From an uncultured Gammaproteobacteria bacterium (GTDB taxonomy: Bacteria; Patescibacteriota; Patescibacteriia; SBBC01; CAIJZX01), in NCBI GenBank assembly GCA_964518425.1, contig CAZFGG010000001.1, positions 54,597 through 118,596 on the forward strand: 64,000 bases of DNA, read 5' to 3'. Below are positions 58,225 through 64,000 of this stretch, piece after piece (within the stretch, counting starts at the first letter, position 1; each line of letters begins with the position of its first letter). A program made the position numbers and the translations under genes. Below the pieces are notes generated by a model, which was not told where the DNA came from, made no database searches, and saw only the letters and a list, made by a program, of their open reading frames with translations.

Positions 58225-61200
58225 ATGGAACAACGACCACCAACGCATCAATCAACGCCTGACGCTTCTCGTCGAATGAGCTTAGCGCTGAAATTAGCGA
58301 TGGTGGGTGCTTTGTGCCTACCGCTGCTGATCAGCCGATCCTCTCAGGCCAGCTTTGAGGCGCCATCAATCAGCACCGTCAATATTATTCCGACCACGTT
58401 CTACGGGGTGTGGGGAAATGCCCGACATGCTCGGTTACCCACGGGAAACAACCTGGCGAATGATCCGACCGGAGACGAAGAAAACTTTTATGATATTTGG
58501 GCGGTCGGGGCAGACACGCGCGGTCTGGCGGGTGGGTGGCCGTGGCTCGACAAAGGGAGTATTTACCATTTCGACGGTACGCAATGGAGTAACGTCGAAT
58601 CAGATTCAGACAATAATTTCGACGGCCAGAATCAGCCAACAACATTCTATTCAGTCGTCGGCCAAGCCCCACCGGGAAATGGAAACGCTGAAATATGGTT
58701 TGGCGGCGAGGCTGATGCTCGGGACGGCTGCTCAACTATTCATTTTTTTGACACGAACGAGCACCTTGAACGCGTGCCCGAAACGTGGCGCAACCTCTAT
58801 CGCGCCCGGGTGCGTGACCTCAATAAATTAGACTGTACGCAGGCCGGCCACAACGTCAACTTGGACAGCGATGTCTACGCCATGGCCGCCGACCAGAATT
58901 TCGTCACCGGTATCGTGGCTGGTGGGGCCAACGGCATGTTGTACAGCCACTCAGTGTACTATGTGGCGGGAACAACAAAAGACACGTGGGATCAAATTTC
59001 CTTTCCGAACACTCAAAATATTACGGGTTTGGCCTACGCCTTGAACCGAACTGCATATGCCGTGGGCACGACCGCCACGACAACGGATATTAACGGCAAG
59101 CATCATCTCGATCGCGACTGTACAAATTCTGGCAGCCAAACAAGCGGTTTGTACAAAATTTCTGGCGGTGTTGTATTCTCATTGAAGTCACTTAGCGGGG
59201 CCTGTTTCTACGGCTTGACCGTTGGCAATCTTCCGTCGATCCGACCGGATCACAGCGCGAATTACGTCACGATTTGGATTGCCTCGTCCAAAGGAGTCTA
59301 TCGTTACGACGAAGGTTCCAACACCCTGACGGGGCCGCTCAGCGGCACGTCGGGCACGGTACTGCGAAGTATCACGAGCGTTGAACAACAGGGTGGAACC
59401 GGCCAAAATCTCCTGCGCAACCCGGATTTTGAATCCTGGGACTCGGATCCGAGTAATGCTGCTACCGATCTGCCGAATGACAATGCCACGACCTGGTTGG
59501 CCTCCGACTCATTCTTTGGTACCAATAACAGCGCCGGGAATTGTCTTGATGCCGTCAATAACAAGAACAGTAAAGACGTCATCGTTGAAGGCGGATCAAG
59601 TAATGTGGATCATGGCACCTATGCTCTCAAAGTAGCTCCGGCTGTTTACTACAATAGCCAGTCGAACTGTAATACGAACACCAATCCCCAATACACGGGC
59701 TTTGATGCGGTTTTCCAAACTGTCCCGTTGACGAACTGGGAGGGGCGAAAAATACACGTCACCGGAAAATACAAAGTGCAGTTCACGGGCGCCGCGAGCG
59801 CCCCGCACCCTCAAGGCGGAGTATCGATACTCTGCCCGACTGGCGGATACAGCGATCCCCAAGATGAACCGGACTGCAGTTATGAAAACCGTTCGGCTAT
59901 TCGGACCGCCAATCAAGGTAATACAACCGGCGATCCCAAGGCTGACGGCAAAGGTTTCTTGACCTTCGACTACACGATCTCGGTTAATAATACGCAGTTC
60001 TTCCCTCGAATTCTCGGCGGGACGAAAAGTCCCCGCCCGACGGATGCTGGCATGGTTCTGCAGATTCAATGTGAGGGTACGTATGGCGCTCAGGTCTGGT
60101 GTGATGACCTGCACGTTGAAGCGGTCGATGAGCCAGCCTTGCCGGCCTATGATCGCTTTGTCGTGACGGCCGTTGGCGAAGCGGGGAATATCATGTCGAC
60201 GTCCGACGGCCGTGCAGTGGGAATCGGTGGCGGTGACGCGAACGCATTTATCGTTGAGCGGGATGACGCGACGTCGACTGACCGACTTAATGGCGTCTGG
60301 GCAGTTGATCCTCAACATACCTACGCCGTCGGTCAAAACTCAATTATTGCCCAGCACCGCTCAGGCAACGTGACCGGCGGGATCTGGGTTGGCACGGCCT
60401 CACCGGTGTCATCGGGTAACGCTACGCTTGGCTGGATTTCCTCGAATTGTGCCAATCAACGCGACGCCAGCGGATCATCGCTCTGTACTCGGAGCCCGGA
60501 TACGTTTGGTCTTGATTTCCAAAACAACCAGCTCTCCGGCCGAGCTTGGTTTGGTAAGCAATACACGTCAGCCACACACGAAGACCAAGAAGCGACCAGT
60601 TTAGGCTCCTGCCAAGGCACTGCCCTGCTGGCTGGCCGACCCAATACCTACTCGATGACCGGCGCCTGTGATCGAACGAACCGCTGGTGCTTTAGCGACC
60701 ATAACCATGCCTGTAACCGCGATTTTGATTGCTATGGCCGCTGTCAAAAAGACCAGGGCGTTGTCTGTGCCGTCGATCTTGACTGCGAAGGAAAAACCGA
60801 CCTACCGGTCGGTACCCAAACGCCTCAGGCAACTAGCACGAAGTTATCCTCTCCTCCGGCCCTTCGACAAGTTTGTGGATCAAATAACGGCAGTCCCCAA
60901 GCATGCACCGGCTTAGGATGGTTGTCCTTTAATCAAGCTGACACCGGGGCCACGCCAGGGAGTTCCTGTGCTAGTAACGTGGATACCTGCTACCGGCTAC
61001 AAAATAACGGAGATATTATTGATGGTTGGGGTCAATTCCTGACGATGGCGAACCCCAATGATCCGAATCAGGATATCCCCAACAGCTGGGTCCATCTTCG
61101 GGGAGCCGATGTCTGCGGCGGGACAAGCGGCACCGCTTGCGCCAGCACCGCACCAAACTACGGGTATTACAACTGTCAAAACTGTACCGGTGCCTTATCG

Positions 61201-62457
61201 TGTAGTTTTTGCCAGGACAACCAGCAACACAGCTGTTTGTCCGGAACAAATTGTACCTACTATTGCCAGGGAACTGCCCAACCGTGCACGACGGATGCCG
61301 TCTGCGGTAGTGGGAAGAGCTGCGGCCCGAAGAGCGTCTGCTCGCTTGATCAAACAACAATTTGCTCGGGCGACCCCGATTGTACCGGGGGGAAGGGCCG
61401 ATGTGTCCAAGGCGCCGCCTGTCAGCAAGTGTCGAGCTGTAGTCAGTACGGAGTCAATTTTAATCCCCAGCGCCAACAGTTCAGCGGCTACGCCTGGAGT
61501 TCTGCCTTGGGATGGTTGGACTTCAGTTTTCTCCAGGTTGGTAACCCGCCGTACTTACAGACTCGTCTTGGCGATATCTACGCTAAGGGACGCGTTGGAA
61601 ATAGTTTAACTATTCCCGCGCCGGGAGGTTTATGCAACGCCACCTACCTCATCTCAGCCGGTAATTCCATCACCAGTTTCTGCTCGGTCCAAGGCGCGGC
61701 CGGTTTGCAGTCGCAAGCTCCAACTATCCCCTCCGGCGGTCCAACGAATAGCTACACGAACGTTCTCGGACGGCTTGATGTCACCGGGTTAGAAAAAGAT
61801 GTCGGTGGCGGGAGGAATAAATTTGGCACCCCGATCGTGGCGCTGGCTCCGGACGTGACCAACGACATAAGTTATAGCTTTCCTGACTATGGTCCTGATA
61901 CCCTTGGCGGTAATCACATCCCGCTCAATGGGAAGATCTTTACCGTTGGGACCGGGGGGAGCGATACGATTACGATCAACCAGCTCCTTCGATTCCTGCC
62001 AGGGACCACTTCACCCATCAGCAGCGGGGCGGGAGTGTTGATTGTCAACGGTAACTTACGCGTCAACAACCAATTGACCTATCACTCAGACAGTGTTTCT
62101 ACTATTTCTGACCTTCGTTCGCTCGCCTCATTCGTCGTCATTGTCAAAGGCAACCTCTTCATTGACCAAACCGTCACCAACATGGTCGGGACGTACTATG
62201 TACTCGGTACGGTTTGCACGGCTCCAGGGTCTCAAGCGAGCTGCACGTACGTATCGAACGGCAGTCAGTACCCCTTAACTATCCGAGGTCTCCTGATCGC
62301 GAAAGCCTTTGGATTTAATCGGACCTATGCTGGCACCATCGACAATCCGTCTCCATCGGAATTGATTATCTTCGATGGTCGTTTCCAGTCAAACCCCCTG
62401 CCGGGCATGACGGATTTCGCTAGCGCTTTGCCAAATACCTCAGGAGCCAATCAGTAG
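58225..62457 (+). CDS. Giant (1410 aa) secreted protein with Cys-cluster modules and GW(L/I)(S/D)F repeats
   Basis: Signal peptide (…LKLAMVGALCLPLLISRSSQA); Cys clusters (CDRTNRWCFSDHNHACNRDFDCYGRCQKDQGVVCAVDLDCEG; CSFCQDNQQHSCLSGTNCTYYCQG); LGWISSNC, GLGWLSFNQ, ALGWLDFSF. Confidence 0.65.
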   Translation: MEQRPPTHQSTPDASRRMSLALKLAMVGALCLPLLISRSSQASFEAPSISTVNIIPTTFYGVWGNARHARLPTGNNLANDPTGDEENFYDIWAVGADTRGLAGGWPWLDKGSIYHFDGTQWSNVESDSDNNFDGQNQPTTFYSVVGQAPPGNGNAEIWFGGEADARDGCSTIHFFDTNEHLERVPETWRNLYRARVRDLNKLDCTQAGHNVNLDSDVYAMAADQNFVTGIVAGGANGMLYSHSVYYVAGTTKDTWDQISFPNTQNITGLAYALNRTAYAVGTTATTTDINGKHHLDRDCTNSGSQTSGLYKISGGVVFSLKSLSGACFYGLTVGNLPSIRPDHSANYVTIWIASSKGVYRYDEGSNTLTGPLSGTSGTVLRSITSVEQQGGTGQNLLRNPDFESWDSDPSNAATDLPNDNATTWLASDSFFGTNNSAGNCLDAVNNKNSKDVIVEGGSSNVDHGTYALKVAPAVYYNSQSNCNTNTNPQYTGFDAVFQTVPLTNWEGRKIHVTGKYKVQFTGAASAPHPQGGVSILCPTGGYSDPQDEPDCSYENRSAIRTANQGNTTGDPKADGKGFLTFDYTISVNNTQFFPRILGGTKSPRPTDAGMVLQIQCEGTYGAQVWCDDLHVEAVDEPALPAYDRFVVTAVGEAGNIMSTSDGRAVGIGGGDANAFIVERDDATSTDRLNGVWAVDPQHTYAVGQNSIIAQHRSGNVTGGIWVGTASPVSSGNATLGWISSNCANQRDASGSSLCTRSPDTFGLDFQNNQLSGRAWFGKQYTSATHEDQEATSLGSCQGTALLAGRPNTYSMTGACDRTNRWCFSDHNHACNRDFDCYGRCQKDQGVVCAVDLDCEGKTDLPVGTQTPQATSTKLSSPPALRQVCGSNNGSPQACTGLGWLSFNQADTGATPGSSCASNVDTCYRLQNNGDIIDGWGQFLTMANPNDPNQDIPNSWVHLRGADVCGGTSGTACASTAPNYGYYNCQNCTGALSCSFCQDNQQHSCLSGTNCTYYCQGTAQPCTTDAVCGSGKSCGPKSVCSLDQTTICSGDPDCTGGKGRCVQGAACQQVSSCSQYGVNFNPQRQQFSGYAWSSALGWLDFSFLQVGNPPYLQTRLGDIYAKGRVGNSLTIPAPGGLCNATYLISAGNSITSFCSVQGAAGLQSQAPTIPSGGPTNSYTNVLGRLDVTGLEKDVGGGRNKFGTPIVALAPDVTNDISYSFPDYGPDTLGGNHIPLNGKIFTVGTGGSDTITINQLLRFLPGTTSPISSGAGVLIVNGNLRVNNQLTYHSDSVSTISDLRSLASFVVIVKGNLFIDQTVTNMVGTYYVLGTVCTAPGSQASCTYVSNGSQYPLTIRGLLIAKAFGFNRTYAGTIDNPSPSELIIFDGRFQSNPLPGMTDFASALPNTSGANQ

Positions 62458-62478
62458 CCGGATCGCAGCATCAGTACT

Positions 62479-62507
62479 TTGACTTGCGGTAGATTTTATG
62501 CTATACT
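62479..62507 (+). promoter_or_regulatory. Sigma70-like promoter TTGACT-17-TGcTATACT upstream of pilM
   Basis: TTGACT 62479-62484, 17-nt spacer, TATACT 62502-62507 preceded by TGC. Confidence 0.45.
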
Positions 62508-62587
62508 CAAAAGGTGGATAAGGCGTTCTTTCTAGCCCATGCTCTCGTTCTCAAGATTTCTGGGCTGATGGACTCTTCATTGACGCT

Positions 62588-63652
62588 ATGCCAGCATTTT
62601 CTCCAAAACAAAGCTTTCTCGGAATAGATATCGGCACTTCTAGCCTCAAGGTGGTGCAAATTGGCGACGATAACGGCCGCCCGCGCCTGATGACCTACGG
62701 CTACATTGAACAGCGGAACGACATCGTCAAAAGTGACGCCGCCGCTAGCCAACAATCGGTCACGGCTGCCCTAAAATCGCTCTTACGCGAGGCACGCGTG
62801 ACGACCACGAAAGTGATCGCGGCCTTGCCGAGCTTCACTGTTTTTAGTTCGATCATCAGCCTACCCCTGATGACCCGGAAAGAACTCAATTCGGCCGTTC
62901 GTTGGGAAGCAAAAAAATTTGTACCGATGCCGATCGATGACCTTGTCTTGGACTGGAAACTGTTAAAGGAAAGTCCAGTCAAAGGCCAGCCTGCCGATCG
63001 CGCCCCGAAGAACCTCCGCGTCCTGATTACGGCCGCCCCCAAGAGCTTAGTCAAGCGATACATTGATATTTTTAAAGCCGCCGACTTACAGCTCGAGAAC
63101 CTTGAAACCGAAGCGCTGGCTCTCGAACGCTCCTTAATCGGGAGTGATCCGGCGCCGGTCATGATCGTCGATATCGGTGCCGTCGCAACGAACATCGCTA
63201 TCATGGTCGACGGTATTCCCTTGATCAATCGCAGTATCGATGTGGGCGGAGATACGATTACGAAGTCGATTGCCCAAAGCATGACCGTTGATCACGATCG
63301 GGCCGAACAATTCAAACGCGACTTCGGTTTGAGTACCAGCCAACAATCAATTTCCCAGGTCCCAAAAACAATTGAATTCGTCCTGAGCTCGATTGTGAAT
63401 GAAATCCGCTTCGTCTTGAATCTCTACCGGAACCAGGGGACTGGTCCGATTGAAAAAATTATTCTGGCCGGCGGTTCAGCTTTTCTCCTCAACCTGCCAG
63501 CCTATCTAGAAAAAACCTTGTCGATCAAAACATTCATTGGTGATCCTTGGGCACGGGTCGTCTACCCGGTCGAGCTCAAACCCGTGTTGCAAGAAATTGG
63601 TCCGCGTTTCGCGGTCTCGATCGGATTAGCCATGCGAGAAATCGTCGCCTAA
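62588..63652 (+). CDS. pilM: Type IV pilus assembly protein PilM (actin-like ATPase fold)
   Basis: N-terminal FLGIDIGTSSLKVVQI; C-terminal ILAGGSAFLLNLPAYLEKTLSIKTFIGDPW; 354 aa typical for PilM. Confidence 0.8.
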   Translation: MPAFSPKQSFLGIDIGTSSLKVVQIGDDNGRPRLMTYGYIEQRNDIVKSDAAASQQSVTAALKSLLREARVTTTKVIAALPSFTVFSSIISLPLMTRKELNSAVRWEAKKFVPMPIDDLVLDWKLLKESPVKGQPADRAPKNLRVLITAAPKSLVKRYIDIFKAADLQLENLETEALALERSLIGSDPAPVMIVDIGAVATNIAIMVDGIPLINRSIDVGGDTITKSIAQSMTVDHDRAEQFKRDFGLSTSQQSISQVPKTIEFVLSSIVNEIRFVLNLYRNQGTGPIEKIILAGGSAFLLNLPAYLEKTLSIKTFIGDPWARVVYPVELKPVLQEIGPRFAVSIGLAMREIVA

Positions 63653-63656
63653 CATC

Positions 63657-64000
63657 ATGCCCGAGATTAATCTTCTTCACGATACGCAGCAGCCGGAGGC
63701 TCCGAAGAAACCTGAGGAACCGCGCCGGGAGTTTGCCGTGACCGACCCTTCGGCCGAAGAAAAACCGGGAATCGGGGGAATTTTCCGATCATTATTCCGC
63801 CGCCGTCCGAGCCCGAGCGGCCTTCCGCCGACCGTGGCGCCAACCCGGCCGGGGACAGGAAAAATGAGTCTCGGACGAACAACTGCGCCGGAACGTATCC
63901 TAAGTGAAACAAAAAAAGCTTCCCGCCCAGCGGTTATCCCACTGCCTGACGAAGAGGGCGGATATAATGTCAACCTCCTGACCGAGGACCTTGTTTCGAC
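63657..64000 (+). CDS. pilN: PilN-like pilus assembly protein, 3'-truncated at window edge
   Basis: Begins MPEINLLHD (PilN INLLP signature) 4 nt after pilM stop; Pro/Arg-rich N-terminal region; continues past nt 64000. Confidence 0.4.
   Translation, partial: MPEINLLHDTQQPEAPKKPEEPRREFAVTDPSAEEKPGIGGIFRSLFRRRPSPSGLPPTVAPTRPGTGKMSLGRTTAPERILSETKKASRPAVIPLPDEEGGYNVNLLTEDLVS

Overview
This 64-kb window reads as a moderately GC-rich bacterial genome with monoderm / candidate-phyla-radiation (Patescibacteria-like) traits. The signs are Gram-positive-style T4SS parts (PrgI/VirB3-like, VirB4-like, large VirB6/TrbL-like), pilM/pilN, clpC, comF, very large secreted proteins, clean sigma70-type promoters, and a strong SD on only a minority of genes. 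Layout by region:

- 1-5 kb: the 3' part of leuS, which carries a Nudix-box insertion, then a tsaC/YrdC-like gene, an MFS-type transporter and rsmA/ksgA.
- 5.2-36.6 kb: one tightly coupled + strand array. A small Asp-rich secreted protein is followed by three giant secreted proteins (1878/1383/1454 aa) and a 1196-aa VirB6/TrbL-like polytopic protein. Next comes a compositionally distinct two-gene cassette with its own promoter, strong RBS and terminator. The array ends with a Pro-rich protein, a PrgI/VirB3-like gene, a VirB4-like ATPase, small membrane proteins, two paralogous pilin-like proteins (one fused to a lytic-transglycosylase domain) and a TolB-like beta-propeller protein.
- 36.6-50.5 kb: recG (-) and a small pilin-like gene (-); a tRNA-Arg with perfect 16-bp flanking inverted repeats and a degenerate 3'-half copy downstream; a DUF2461 protein; two tRNA-Ser; an NHL-repeat protein; a beta-helix/Ig-like surface protein; and comF-clpC-htpX-lemA on the minus strand.
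- 50.6-62.5 kb: seven tandem secreted proteins sharing a recurring Cys motif, one ending in a Hint/intein-like autoprocessing domain, the last a 1410-aa giant.
- Right edge: pilM and the start of pilN.

No rRNA, CRISPR array, transposase or integrase gene was recognised. The candidate system worth chasing is the giant-protein plus minimal Gram-positive-type T4SS-like locus, together with the separate tandem secreted-protein family carrying a Hint domain.
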